A DNA stretch of 64,000 nt from Lama glama (taxonomy: Eukaryota), in assembly GCA_028534125.1 (NCBI GenBank), contig CM052816.1:87856001-87920000 (forward strand). The letters are read 5' to 3'. Numbering within the stretch: the first letter of the stretch is position 1; the number at the start of each line of letters is the position of its first letter. Below are positions 1 through 13,446 of this stretch, piece after piece. A model generated the notes under the pieces. The model worked only from the letters and a program-made list of their open reading frames with translations, did not search any database and was not told where the DNA came from. The position numbers and the translations under genes are program-made.

Positions 1-251
1 CTCGGAAGTTTACCCAGACTGTTCTTTACAGCTTTGCTATAGGGAGGAATTCTTAAAACAGCAGAAAGTTTAAACTCTCAGTGAAAAGGGAAAAAAGAGA
101 GATACATTTGAACACATTAAAAGAATGATGTAGAATGAAGATTTAAATTATAAATTCCTCAATGCAAGAGAACACCATAAACAAATTTAAAAGTCAAGTC
201 ATCTAGACATGGCTTCATTATGAATAATTTCTCCAGTTTCATTTAGATAAT

Positions 252-660
252 TATATTAGTTTGCTAGAGCTTCCATAACAAAAAAAAAACACAGACTAGG
301 TGGCTTAAACAAAATGTTTTTCTCACTATTCTGGAGGCTAGAAGTCCAACGTCAAGGTGTGGGCAGGTTTTGTTTCTTCTGAGACCTCTCTCCTTGGCTT
401 GCAGGTGGCCGCCATCTTGCTGTGCACTCACATGGTATTTTCTCTGTATGTGCATTCCTGTATCTCTGTGCATACCTGAATTTCCTCTTCATACAAAGAC
501 ACCAATCACATTGAATTATGGCCCACCCCAAGGATCTCATTTTAAATTAATTACCTCTTTCAGCACCCCATCTCCAAGTGTGATCACATCCAGAGGTATT
601 GGGGTTTAGGGCTTCAACATATGAATTTAGGGGAAGAGGGTCACAATTCAATCTAAAACA
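252..660 (-). mobile_element. MaLR solo LTR (MLT1A/B-like)
   Basis: Reverse-complement match to recalled MLT1 hallmarks (tattagtttgctag...ttctggaggctagaagtccaa...ggcttcaacatatgaattt...cacaattcaa). Flanked by a near-perfect 5-bp TSD, ataat (247-251) and gtaat (661-665). Confidence 0.85.
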
Positions 661-830
661 GTAATACAAAATGATTCAGAACATAAAAGTACATTTTATT
701 TCAAAGTTTAAGATAAACACATTGAAAAAAGTCAATCCTGTTAAGTGAGAGAATCATCTAAATAGGGTCTAAAACACTCAATCATATTTTCAGTTCACTT
801 AAACCAAATAAAATTAGTACAAATTCAGTA

Positions 831-1166
831 TGTTGACCTTACAAAATCAAAAGAGCTAGGTATTTCCCCAGCAAAATTAGTTTACTTGGGAGGAGCAGAG
901 AAATTGCAATTTGGGACATGCCAGCTGTAGTGAACTACAGGCAGGTCTGAGGAGACAAAGGGAAGGTCAGCCTTTATTAAGTTTTTGGAGGAGATCAGTA
1001 TCACTGAGGTGATTCTTCATTGGCTGCAGGTGGCTGCAGGCTTTGGGCAGCTTGTTGATGGGTCAGAAGGAAATCTTTCTTTCTGCTGGGATCACTAAGT
1101 AGGGTGAGCGATGCATATGTGAGAGCTTGCCAACTCCATTTTGAATAAAGTTTCCTTCATTTCACA
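831..1166 (-). mobile_element. Probable ERV1-type solo LTR
   Basis: Segment bounded by TG...CA (tgttgacc...tttcaca) with 4-bp flanks agta/agtg. On the minus strand it shows CCAAT (cagccaatg), then an A/T-rich TATA-like box, then an agtaaa polyA-like signal. Family not identified. Confidence 0.5.
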
Positions 1167-2974
1167 AGTGCCACAGTACGACTACTGGGTGTTGGGAAGT
1201 AGGAGGAAATACTTCAAATACATCAGCTTGTTGCTGATGCCCAGTGAGTAAAAGTTCAGACTGCTCCTCAGACCACACGCAGGTGTGTGAACTGAACATC
1301 CCGTCCCTAGAGACTGGCGTCTGAAGTCACCCTGGGCTAGTGTGATTTTTCTCCTCCTTTCTACTACCAGGGCACTTTTCTGTCTTTTGTATTTGGCTAT
1401 GTCTACAATTGTCAATGTTATATTTATCTAGCATGTTCCAAGTGTTTTTAGCAAGATTTAGACTATCTGTACCAGCTTTGTCTTCCTTGGTGCCTCAAGT
1501 CTGATTTCTCTTTCCTTTCTTTCTCCTGTCAGTTGTTTAATATTGTTTTGTTTATTTTCTACGGTCAACTTGAATAGTATTGGGGCAAAAACAGATGTTT
1601 CATATCATAATTTGCTCCTTTAATTTTTCCAATACTTTCCATATGTTATCCAATATACTGATGGCCTTTGAATTAAAGAAGCTACTAGTAGAAGTCACAA
1701 CAACACCTTCTAGTTAATTAAAAATATGAGTTTTTTTCTCAAACTGAAAACATGATTTTGACTCTAAAAGTAATTTCCACTTATTAAGGACAACAAATTT
1801 GTGTTCCCAGGATAAAGAATGTACCATTCATACAGCAGAGAAGAAATAAAGTTCAAATGAAATTAAATTATTTTTCAAGCTTATGTTATCAGACATGAAA
1901 TATACTTGAAGCCAATCTATAACATTTCTTTAAATTTTAGTAACTGGAATGGGAAGATACATATTCAGTGGAAAGAGGACTTCTCATGCTATAGTTTTTA
2001 TCCTGAAAATGTCAGGCTGTTAATGAGTAAAGTGAGATATAGGAAAAGACAGATAAGAAGACATTTAAACAATGAGCAGAATTCCAGATTTCTGGCTTTT
2101 CCCACAGATGGCTTAAATTTAGAAGATACCTTTATGTAAATGATGTCAGATGACATAGAATTAAAAAAAAAACTACTTTAAAAGATATGAATATGTATGC
2201 AATTATCCATACTGAAATAAGTAGGACCAATCACAGTTTTATAATTTGAAGTATCCTTCCAGGAAATGCTTGTGTCCTGATGATGGTGATTTGTTTTTTA
2301 AATGAAAATTAAAACTGATCTTAGGCTTGTGCTAGACATTTATGTGGTACAAACTTCAGTGTTTTTAAACTATTTCCATTGAACATATTTGGCGCCTTTT
2401 TACTTTTGACTTAATATAAAAATATAAATTATTCAATCCATACAGAGATATGTGATTCATCTCATAAGATTCTGTAAGCAGAGTGTCATTTTAGAGGAAG
2501 AGTGGAGACTTTGTCTGAAGTTTCAAATGTCATCAGCTAACTGACTGCCTTGCCCCAATCTAAAGCCAAGGTATTGAATTCCAATTTGTTCTTCATTGCT
2601 AGTTTTACATTAGCTTGAACATGAAGTATATTGCTCTAATATGAGGGTAATATGAGGAAAATACATTTTAACTGAAGGTAAATAGATACCCCATGTCTAG
2701 GGAGAAAACCTACTTAGGGTGCAAACAACCAGGTTAAATAGATGCGATAACACATGAATAAAATTACTTTAAAATGAGTGTAAGTAGCCTAAAAAAGTGG
2801 GGAGAGGGTAGATACAGATACTGATACAGATATCAGTGACGTATTCTATGTTAGGTATTTTGAAGAATGAAAGGAACTGAATTACACAAAGAAAATAGTT
2901 GTGTTTGTATTTTCCTAAAACAGTTTTATTTTTAACCAAGTAATAACAATACCAATTAAAACAAAAGCTAAAAT

Positions 2975-3200
2975 AATAGTATTATTGAACACTTATTCTT
3001 TGCCAAGCAGTGTCAACACGTTTTTAATCATCGCATAGTGTCAGCCATCTTGCATGGGAGATGCTATTACTGCTCCCAATTCACAGATGAGAATGCTGAG
3101 ACAAAGGCAGGTTAGCAAACTTGCCTGAGGTCACAAAGCAGGTAAGTGGGAGAGCCAGGATTTCCAGGCAGGACTCTCCAGTGCCCATGCTCTCAACCAT
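2975..3200 (-). mobile_element. MIR SINE, near full length
   Basis: Core cccaattcacagatgagaatgctgagacaaaggcaggttagcaaacttgcctgaggtcaca...agccaggatt...ctctccagtgcccatgctctcaaccat matches the MIR consensus in reverse complement. Confidence 0.85.
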
Positions 3201-3898
3201 TCCAGTAACCAATCTGTCCAATACACGTATGTGTACACTCACCGGCTCCATCATAAAGCGATTATAAAAAAAGACCACACCTAATATAATATGCAGTGTG
3301 ATGCATGAGATACTCAATAATCAAAAACACAGGATATTATATGAGATGCTCAATAATTAAAAGCTATCATTTTCCTGAAAAATAGTTATTTTTTTTAAAA
3401 ACCAGATAATTCTACTTAACAAATAGTACCACCATATTTGTCTGCAGACAATAAAAGATAATTTTAAAAATAAATGCAATACACAATGTACAGTTTGAAT
3501 AATTAAAATTGGTTGTTGCCTCTGCCTTAACATCTTATGACGAGCAATATTTTTTTTTCCTGAAGTAAAGTCAGGAGTAAATATCGAGTTTCATCCTCTT
3601 TAAGTTAGATGCAATAGGTCTTTTTATTTCCTTTGTAATTTGGACTAGAATTATAAAAGCTTTCTAACTAAATGGGCAACCTTGCTGTACTCATCAGAGT
3701 TGGATTTTTTTTTTCTTTTTCCTTTGATTTACTAATCCAAATTAAAACTGTAATTTCTCTATTTCATGCAGTTCTAGCAAATAATATTGCAAAACTATCC
3801 CTCAGGTAATGCTTAGCCTCTAAACATTGTGTTCAAAAGGTTATGCATAAATTCATATTCATATAACCAATATAGATACATGCATATATATATGCAAA

Positions 3899-3960
3899 TG
3901 TGTGTGAGAAAGAGAAAGAAAGAAAGAGACAGTGAGAGAGAGAGAGAAGTAGATAGAAAA
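3899..3960. repeat. Degenerate (TG)/(AG)-rich simple repeat
   Basis: tgtgtgtgagaaagagaaagaaagaaagagacagtgagagagagagagaag is read directly. Confidence 0.7.
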
Positions 3961-4206
3961 AAGTTGCTTAGAAACCTCTACTTAAAGCAATAATTGGATT
4001 TATTCTGAATAACCATTGGCATATTTAAGGCAGTGTTTATGCTACTAACAGACTTTCCCTCATGCCCCTCTCACACCCTTTACACACCCCCTACCTATCA
4101 CATACATGTTACTCATTCCCAATGAGTGACTGAGAATTGATTAGTCCACTTTCTTAGATGGTCCTAGAAAGTGTTGAACTGATCTCATATAAACATGAAG
4201 CTTATG

Positions 4207-4690
4207 TGTAATGGTTAGGAAGCTTGAAACTGCAAGAAACAAAATAAATGCTACTTAAAAGTAAAGAATTTTGCTTTTCTTACACACAAAAGACTACAGT
4301 AAATCCACCTCTAGGCTCCAGCTCTGTTCTTGGTTTTCTGGTTTTTGTTTTCTTCCTTTCATCTTCGTCCATATTTTGATATCTTCATAAGGTGGACTTA
4401 GCAACACTTACAGAATAAAAAGCCTTCTTTTTTTGTAGCCTTCTTTTAAAGAGCAAGGAAACCTTAGACAAAAATCTCCATCTGTCTGTTGGTCAGCCAT
4501 TGGTTAGAGTTAGAAATAAGGACCTCTAAGATTGGTCAGTATCAATCAGAATTTCCCCTGGAGCTTGACACAAGTACATTCTAGCTTGAATCACTTGATG
4601 GACCTTCCAGAAGTATGTACTTTTTTTTTTTTAATGTACCTGAGGTCCCTCAGGGAAAAAATAATGAGGGTAACTATTTGGCAGGCTGCG
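4207..4690 (-). mobile_element. Old MaLR LTR remnant (MLT1J/K-like)
   Basis: Start ggttaggaagcttgaaactgcaagaaacaaaa...acttaaaa resembles the reverse-complement end of old MLT1 LTRs. Highly diverged. Confidence 0.4.
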
Positions 4691-5849
4691 TAAAGAATCT
4701 GAAACAAGATATTAATCAATGATATTATAAGATTTGAAATAAAAATGTCTGTATTGGTCTGCAGCAAAGAAATCCCATTTCATAATTATGTAGATCAAAT
4801 AACCAATGTACAAAATGTTTCAGTTTTCACCTAATCATGTTGAATTCCAGAAGTCATGGCCCATTGCCCACCACTCAAAATAGACTTCAGAGTGCTGAGG
4901 CATTCAAACAGATTGCTTATAATCAGTCAAACAGTAGAATGAAATTATTCAACTAATTTCTCCAAGAATAATAGATTTTCCTCCTTTATTGCTTTGTCAA
5001 TCTCTCCTTTCTTTCTCACAAACACAAATATAATCATTATGCATTAGTAGTGATAAGACATACCACAACACAAAGCAGCTTTAGAAAGGAGGAGATGATG
5101 GGCAGTGAGTTAAACTGACAAAAATTTCCTAACTGCAAGTGTCTCATTTTCAGTGGAAAAATTGCAGAAATGTACATAACTGGTGAGTTTTTTAAAATTA
5201 CGTAGTTTAGAAAGGAAAATGTACAATGATAGACATGGCTTACTCTGCATGTATCCCAGGCAGTCTAAAATATGATTCACCAAAATCCAAAGTATGTTTG
5301 ACAAAAGGAAAAAAATTGTAATGGCTCTTTCAGATAATGAAATCCTTTTTATTTTTACCCCAGAGTAAGTGGAAACATAGTGAGTTGAAACAATTCAGTA
5401 CATAAAAGAAACGTTTACTTCTATCTAAGTTGCATACAAGTGTTTTCCTATTAGAAATATCCATTGATTAATAGAGAATATAAAAAATATGTTCTATGCA
5501 CAGATTAAATAGTACTCCATAATTCAAATGTTCACTTCATTCCTAAAATAACATGAATGCATACCTTAAATGTCCAGAGGAAAGGTGAACCACTAGGACT
5601 TTTACATACTTCTCCATTCAAAAAAGGGGTGCATGTAGTTGTCAGTGGCACGCAGGAAAAGATAGTCTTGTTCATACTGAAGTGAGTTTGATTCTATAGT
5701 AGAATGTTTCCAATATGCTGTCATCTATAGTTGAGTCTACGAAGGCTTCCCAAAACAATACCCTCTTCAGACAAAAACAATAGGCCATTCAAATCATTGC
5801 TACCTGTATTGTCACTTATAACTGTTCCTCAAACGTTGAGTTAGTTACT

Positions 5850-5985
5850 TTAACCTGTTTATTCCCACTGTAAGAAGATGAGCTCCTTGATAGCACAAAC
5901 TGTATATTGTTTATCATTGTTTCCACAAAACTCATAGCACCATATTGGATGTACATGTTGTGTACGTGAAATAAATGTCCGTGCC
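5850..5985 (+). mobile_element. L2 3' end fragment
   Basis: tgagctccttgatagcacaaactgtatattgtttatcattgtttcc...tagcacc...aaataaatgt resembles the L2 3' terminus. Confidence 0.55.
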
Positions 5986-8401
5986 AGACATGAAAGATGG
6001 GAGAAGAAAGGAATGATTCCAATTGCGAATGACTCATATTTTATAACTAACATTACGTGACTTGTTAAGTATAAAATCATCTTAGAAAGAAACAGTCTCA
6101 TTCAAATATTTTTTTCTTCAGTGGTTTTAACGCCTAAAATGAATTTAAATTTACAAGAAAAGTAAGATTGGACCATACTTGGGAAATATTCATTCTTCAC
6201 ATATATTTAAGCCCAGTAATAGGAATATTTTGCAGATAAATAGCTGCTTACAATACAATAATTTTAAAAATGTGTATATGGACTGTACTGGATTTTATAG
6301 TTAACAATATTTGCAGCTGGAAATCAATAAGTAATTCGATTTTTAGACAGTGACTATTCTTTCTTTGAAATGTTCAGTGATGCCCCAAATGCTTGCAGAC
6401 TCTATGGTTTGGCAATTTCACTGAACAACACATTCCTCCACCAACGCAATGTGACATCCATGAGGCTGTGTCACTTGAATTCCCTGCCCTGTGGTAACTC
6501 CATGGAATTTCGGAAATCTCAAAGTCTGGTTTAAAGGCCGCAGCATGACCGCGCCAGCCCTTGGTGTCTTCAGCTGGTGCTAATGCGCTGGGTATGGAAG
6601 ACACAGGTGCCCACAGCCTTGCGAGGGGCAACAAAATATTTCAGCTGTGGAAGAAGAACAAAATGAAACTGCAAATATGAGATTCGATGTTTAATTAAAA
6701 GGCGAGAAAGTGCAGAGAGCATTATGCCAGTTAGGTAGCTCAGGCATTATGTTTAACATGAGATGTAATGATACATTAACGTGGTTCATGTTTCACTGAC
6801 TTGGCCTCCACTGTTAACTCAGCCTGGTGATTAAGGGGACTTTTATGCGGCCCTGTTTTTAAGCTCTTCAATCTTTAGTTGCACTAATTGTGTTTGTGTG
6901 TATTTAATTTGCTTCACAATGTTTACTTGGTTTTATATATAATTATGTCTTACCTCCCATACTATCTCAGAATTCCTTTAGGATAAGAAACTCTTCTTTT
7001 AAGTGAAGGCTGTTGCCCAGAGTAAGGGTGATCCCAATTGAGTTAATTTCTATTTTAGTACATGTTTTGCCAACTTGTATTATACAAATTGTTTTCATGT
7101 CACTCTTTTCCAATTGATTGGAGTTCCTAGAAAAGAGAAACCATGTCTTCTCATCTATAGCTAGTATCCCTTAAAATGAATAGATTTCAGTGAATTAATT
7201 GATTATTGTCAAGATAGTCCAGCCAAAGAGGATAGTCTCACTATCAATTCTGTTTCTAAATAAGAAAACTAAAAATGAGAGAAAAGAACTTGGCTCCTTA
7301 AAGAGAAAGTTGAATTGTAATTATAACAAGGCTAGTAGTTGAGGAAATTATAACTAGATTGTTAAAATGTGACAAAATTGCATCTTAACTAATTATTTGA
7401 GATTTTCAAAGGTCCTGATTTCTGTACTAATTGGTAAGAAAAGTGTTTGGGTTAGGATCAGTCATTATAATTTCCACTTACAAAGTAGCCCGTGTTTCTC
7501 CTATTTCTGATTTTCTTTTCTTCACACATTTCTCCTGAGCATTTTAAACTTCTGCTGACTGATGTTCTAAGAATGGATTCCCCATTCATATGTAGCATTT
7601 TGTCAGAGGCCAATTCGCATACCTCTGCTGTCCTCTGGCCAGAATTCTTGTCTGATTTTATTTGTTGTCCTTGAAGTTGGTAGCTGGCTTCTCAGGTAGC
7701 TAAGAAAACTTGAGGCCAACAGAAGCTATTCAGAGAAAAGTTATTGTGAAAAGATTGTTTTCATTTCCCAAACTGAGGGTCATTTTCAGCAACATGACCT
7801 TGACAAATGCCCACAAATCACAGAATGTCTCACCATAAACAACGTGGGGTGACAGGCCTATAGCACACTGCAGACTCAGATTAGAGTCCCAGCAGGGCCT
7901 AGGCCAGCACATGCTTTTTGCCTCACACAAGCAATCCCAGAAACCCAGAAAAGGCACAGTTAAGGAAGAAGAAATTTCTTTGTGATATCAAGAAATCAAA
8001 ACCTTGTATTGCAACTGCAGAAGTGAAACTTGATCTCTTAGTCAAATTGCTACCAAAGTTTAAGTCAAAATCTACCATCATGTACCTCAGAGGCCATTCA
8101 CTTGTACCCACGAAATCATAAGGGATGTTTCTGCATGTAAGTAATTTCTGAAAAAAAAAAAAAAAGAAAAGAAAACACTAGTCTTTTTGGAGCTAGGCAT
8201 GCAATAGGATTGGATCTAGTCTTTTGAAATTAATTAGGACTTCAAATGCCTAGTCTGACTTCACTGAACTGACCGGATATAGAATGAGAGAAGCTCTTGC
8301 ATCTTCTTTATGATGTGCCTTCTCTTCAATATCCGTCATCCAGACACTTCTATCCTGATCAGGCCCTCACTGTCTGAATTTCATTTGAATCACATACTTC
8401 C

Positions 8402-8850
8402 TTAGGGGCTCTTAACCTTCAGGGGTGCTGATCCCTTTTCAAAAGAAGGTTTTCAAATTCATCAAATGAAATACTTAGAGTTTTTTTAAAAACCAAGTTT
8501 ATCTGAAATAAATTTATCAATATTTGAAATATGTGACATAGTAATAAATGCATGTCATTATTAATGTATTTTTTAAATGAATTCTAGTGGCAGGTCTATA
8601 ATTACTACAAGTAAGTATAAATAATATTTTGAGATATTTGTGACCAATGTGGATGAAATCAAAATAACTGAAATTGTTTCAGTGATAAAATCACAGATTT
8701 TGACAATATTGCTGAAGTTTGTGACCTAAATATTTACTTGAAAGAAGCATTAAATTTCAGTTGTAGATCAGTGAGAACAAAGACGTAAGTGTTTTCCACC
8801 CAAGTTCGTGAACCACCAACTGTGGTCCGCATGGAGTCAGAAACAACTCA
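8402..8850. mobile_element. hAT-Charlie DNA transposon remnant (MER119/Charlie7-like)
   Basis: tctagtggcaggtcta...gataaaatcacag...taaatttcagttgtagatcagtgagaacaaagacgtaa...ccaagttcgtgaacc resembles a recalled hAT-Charlie consensus. Subfamily uncertain. Confidence 0.6.
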
Positions 8851-9694
8851 TTTCCGTTCAGATTCTCACCTAGAACCAGTTCTCTTCCACAATGCAGCCA
8901 AATTCACCATTCAAGAGCTGAACTGTTTGTGTCTCTAATAAGCTCAGTGAGTTTGTGATTTGTTATCAAACTGTTCAAAAGTTTGAAACCACTGGCTTAT
9001 GAAAATTCATGATCCAGCCTCCATGCTCATTCCCAGAATCTCCTAATGATGGCCTTTGACAAATACCCCTACGCCTTAGTTAATGAAGTTCGAGCCAATT
9101 AAATTTCTGACTTTTTCTTGTATGTGCTGAACATTTTTATATATCTATACCTGATTTCTCTGTTGATGAATATAATTTTGCTGTCACTAAGTCTTATAAA
9201 TTTTACTACAAGTGCAAGTTAACTTACTAAAGGTGGTATGGAATTAATCAAACAGTATGAAAAGAGGTTATAAGGAAAGTGAGGCAATATATGTATTTAA
9301 ACATTCAAAAACATTTAACTTCACAAATGATTACAAAGAAATGACGTTCCATTTCATAGCCATTCAAGTCGAAATGCATGTTTGCATGTGTGTGTGTGTA
9401 CACACGTGCCTAATTCTATATTGACAGGGATATATTTATAATTACATTCAGTAAACAGAAAACAATCAGAATATACGTAAAATAAATTCATACATTTTTG
9501 TTTCATTAAAAGCAGTATCGATCATCAGCTCCAAAGAAGTTAATAGATATCCAGTAAACATATGTGTGAAGATGTTCAAAGCAATGTGGTTTCTTGAAAG
9601 AAATGACAGGAAACAACCATTCTTTCTAATAGCAAAGAAATAAGTTTAGGAAAAAAACTAGCAAATGACATATTAAAATGAGAAATATCTAACA

Positions 9695-9905
9695 TACGGT
9701 GAGGAACACATTATATAGTTATGTTGCCTGGTTTTGAATCCTCGGTTTACTATCATAATCATGAGAGCTTGAGCCAGTTACTTAAATTCACTAGCTCAAA
9801 GTTTTCTCTTGTGTATAAAGTAGAGTTAATAATAATACTTCACTTGAAAGTTGTGAAAATAAAATAATGCTACTTTAAGCATGTAGTAAGAGCTATGGAT
9901 GTTTT
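9695..9905 (+). mobile_element. MIR SINE
   Basis: tgcctggttttgaatcct...cttgagccagttacttaa...ctcaaagttttctc...taataataatactt...tagtaagagct follows the MIR consensus order. Confidence 0.7.
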
Positions 9906-10516
9906 ATTTATATCTATAGTGATTATGATTTTTATCATTATTATGACTGAATAAACACTATGAAGTTTTAAAATAAGAATGGAATAAGATCAAAATAAAA
10001 ATTGTATCATTCCATCTCTGATAAAAACATGGATACGTATACTCCCAAAATGGAATGGAATTATAAGAAGTCCAGGATGTTATTAGGGCAATGAGATTTC
10101 ATTTGACTTTTAGCATATGTTATGGTGCCTGACTCGTATTTAATCATACATTTCTGAGCTTAAATTCTTTACAATATTTTTTTCTATATGAATGTCTTCT
10201 CCTGAATTTTCCAGAATGACAGTACTCCTGTTGCAATAGAATCCTTTTTCTTTTACTACTTTTAATTTTCTTTTCCTTTCTTCTCATTATTTTTATTTTT
10301 CTGATGTAGATTTACACAAAAACATTTATGTGGTTGGAAAACAGTTTCCTACAGACACTGTGAATAATTTTAGTAGGAAGTATCTTGAGGTGGAACACCC
10401 AACCTTTTTCTTTCCCAAAGCCTTAGTTTCTGAATTCAGTCATGATATAAACTCACTTCTACTAGTCTCTGTTTTTACTTTTGGAAAAGTAGCTACAGAA
10501 ACAGAATGAGAATTTT

Positions 10517-10864
10517 TTTTTTTTACTGAGTTATAGTCAGTTTACAACCTTGTGTCAATTTCTGGTGTTCAGCACAATTTTTCAGTTATACATGAATATA
10601 CATATATTCATTTCCGTATTCTTTTTCACCATGAGCTACTGAAAGATCCTGTATATATTTCCTTGTGCTATAACAGTATAAACTTGTTTATCTATTCTTA
10701 TGTATACCTGTCAGTATCTACAAATCTCGAATTCCCAGTCTGTCTCTTCCCACCCCCTCCCCCTGGCAACCACAAGTTTGTATTCTTTGTCTGTGAAGCC
10801 TGTTTCTGTTTTATATTTAAGTTCATTTGTCTTCTTCTTCATTTTTTTTTAAGATTCCACATAT
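10517..10864 (-). mobile_element. Short 5'-truncated young L1 (3' UTR), related to the 23-27 kb L1
   Basis: Poly(T) on the + strand followed by L1 3' UTR sequence similar to 23230-23550. Perfect 14-bp TSD agaatgagaatttt at 10503-10516 and 10865-10878. Confidence 0.9.
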
Positions 10865-12604
10865 AGAATGAGAATTTTATTACCATTGATCTAAAATCCT
10901 GAGATAGTATTATATATGTTGTTACTTTTTGGTAATTTCAGTATTATATGAAATGAGAAAAAAACATTTGTGGAGTTTTTACAATATTTTTCAAGTGGTT
11001 TTGGAAGGTTATTGATATAACAGCTTCTTCCTCTAAATAGAGCCTTAACATATTTTACATAGTAGTATATGTAAAATACTGAGAGATTCGGTTTTTGTTT
11101 GAGGGTAAGCCACCTGCCATGAAGGCTATTTATTTTATGGCCACATATGTTAGTGTTAGTCGCTTGGAAGAAAGCCATAATTTTTTGCCTTCTTTCTTTC
11201 CTGGAACTATTTTTTCAACACCTGTGTGGGATGCATGCAAATTTAAAAACGACTAACTAACTTGAAAATAACTATCAGCCAGTGGTTATTATTATTTGAG
11301 GGGAGTACACTTCTTTAGTATTTGGTTTATGTTTGCATCAGTTAGAACATTGACTGCATTGAATTGCTTGAAAATTGGTAAAACAAATTTGCTTCTGGCT
11401 ATGACCTTTTACGCCAAGATAAGCCCAGTGTGAATTTTTACAGTTGAGTTATAAACCTCTAAAGAGCAGTTTTTGTCATGAAAATGCTGACTACCTTAAC
11501 CTTAGCAGTATGCATGATCTGGCTATAATTTTGTTAAAGGACAGAAACAGGTAAAGTAGTTATTAACAATCAAAACATCTTGAAAGTAGAATAACAGAGG
11601 GAGAAGGTGGAGAAGCTGAAAAAAGAAATGATCAGAGAAAATTAATAATAAGAAAAATGAGATAATTTAGAGATTAAATAGTCAGTTATTTAGGTACATA
11701 CTGTTAAGCCAAATTATACATATGAACTACACTCTTCAATTTAGGTGAAGAAGTTATAGGCACTATTTTGTGTGGGTTCTGTGGAAAGATGGTCATTTTA
11801 TAGTTTATGATAAAGAGGTTCTGTAGCATGTGACACATTAGATTGTTTCAAATTTGCACAGAAGTGTTAAGGTTTTAGCATTTGTGCAGCAAATGAAAGT
11901 CTTTGTTATAATGTCCCATCTTTATACATACACATTTTTACTTAAGTAGAGCATATGTGCACATATTTTCTTATAGGATATCAATTTAATTGTCTATGCA
12001 CTCATGGTGATTTGCCTGGTCAAAATATACTCTCAGTTTTTGTTGTACTATAATTACAAGAAAAGAAGTAAGCTAGCTATCTACTTTAGAATTAAATTCT
12101 ATGGGTCAGGGTTGTTACACCTGAAAAATTTCCCCGCTTTATAAAGTTCAATCTTTACTAAGTGATATGGATTATATCACAATCCTAAGACTTAAGTATT
12201 TTAAATTTTTCAATTCAATATGCCTTTCTCATTATACCTTTGTAACCCTATTCTCTAACAAGTAAAATAACAACTTATGTTATTGTTTATGTCATGATTT
12301 GTTGTTTTGATTTCTCCATTTCCTTTAACTACTCCCTTAAATCTAGCATTTGCACATTTCTAGCAAAAGTGACTTTTTCTGTCTTCAGTTGCTTAATCAT
12401 TAAATCTTATAATCCCTTATTTTCTTCCAATTTGTATACCATAGTTAATTGCTACAGATACCTAAATAAATGGATCTGAATAAGTACTAGGCAAATACAT
12501 ACACTTCAGTGTTTATGTGACTATTATCCCTTGATATTATGCCCAAAGGATTTATTTTTCATTATACTTGAACTTGAAAGGGTGTTTGTTTAATTAGTCA
12601 CAAC

Positions 12605-12775
12605 TATTATTCATTGGATACCTATTATGTTCCAGGTAGGGTGCTCCCTGTTAAGGAAATTTACCTTGTTTAACTCTCACAATAACCTTGGATTTGAAAG
12701 TAAGAAACTGAAGTCTAGAGTAGCTACATCGTATACCCAAGACACACGACTATAGGTACTGCCTGGATTTTAATT
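12605..12775 (-). mobile_element. MIR SINE (diverged)
   Basis: attcattggatacctattatgttccagg...tttaactctcacaataacc...aagaaactgaagtctagag...cccaagacacac. Confidence 0.6.
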
Positions 12776-13446
12776 AGTATCTATTGTTGATTCATTTCTA
12801 CACAGTAAGTTTTCTTAAATTCCATAAAATAATTTAGGTGGTTTATTAAACATCCAATTTGTCAGTTGTTAAGAAAACTAAAGGCATTTACCATGTATAA
12901 TGAACTGTATTTTAAGTTTTCAAATATATTACAATTAACCTCAGGTGTTTAATATGAACATCTGGAAATAATTGTAAGAATACAGTTACACATTTATGCC
13001 TAGAGTGTGTTTATCTTAAGGGCACCTGCATTCCTTAATATAAACACAGAAATACTGTACTCTTTGACATAGAATAATCATTAAAAGGCAAAAACTAAAT
13101 CCTGTTTGAAGGATTAACTCATGATCTGATTGATCTTTTATTTCGTTTATGATGTTAAAATGTTTTCTTTGAGGGCGGTAACTGATATCTGCCTTGTTTC
13201 AAGTCTGTCTCCAGAAATTGAAAATTAATTCTGTGGTGGTGAAAATCACATTTTACGTAGTTCTGCCAACAATACTAAAACAAATGGGTGGCCTGATTTT
13301 TGTTCTGTTGTCGTGGTGGTGGTTTTTTTCCATGTGTCTCTTCCTAGAATAAACATGTCTGAAGATTTAGTTAAGATGGGTATTGTAAAACTTTTATCCT
13401 AACCTGGAAAATTTGGTGTTAGTCATGTTCAGGGAAATTAATTCAT

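Noticed and set aside
7918..8165. Plus-strand Lys-rich ORF followed by an A-run, as a processed pseudogene
   Set aside because: No recognisable parent protein, no AATAAA before the A-run and no TSD found.
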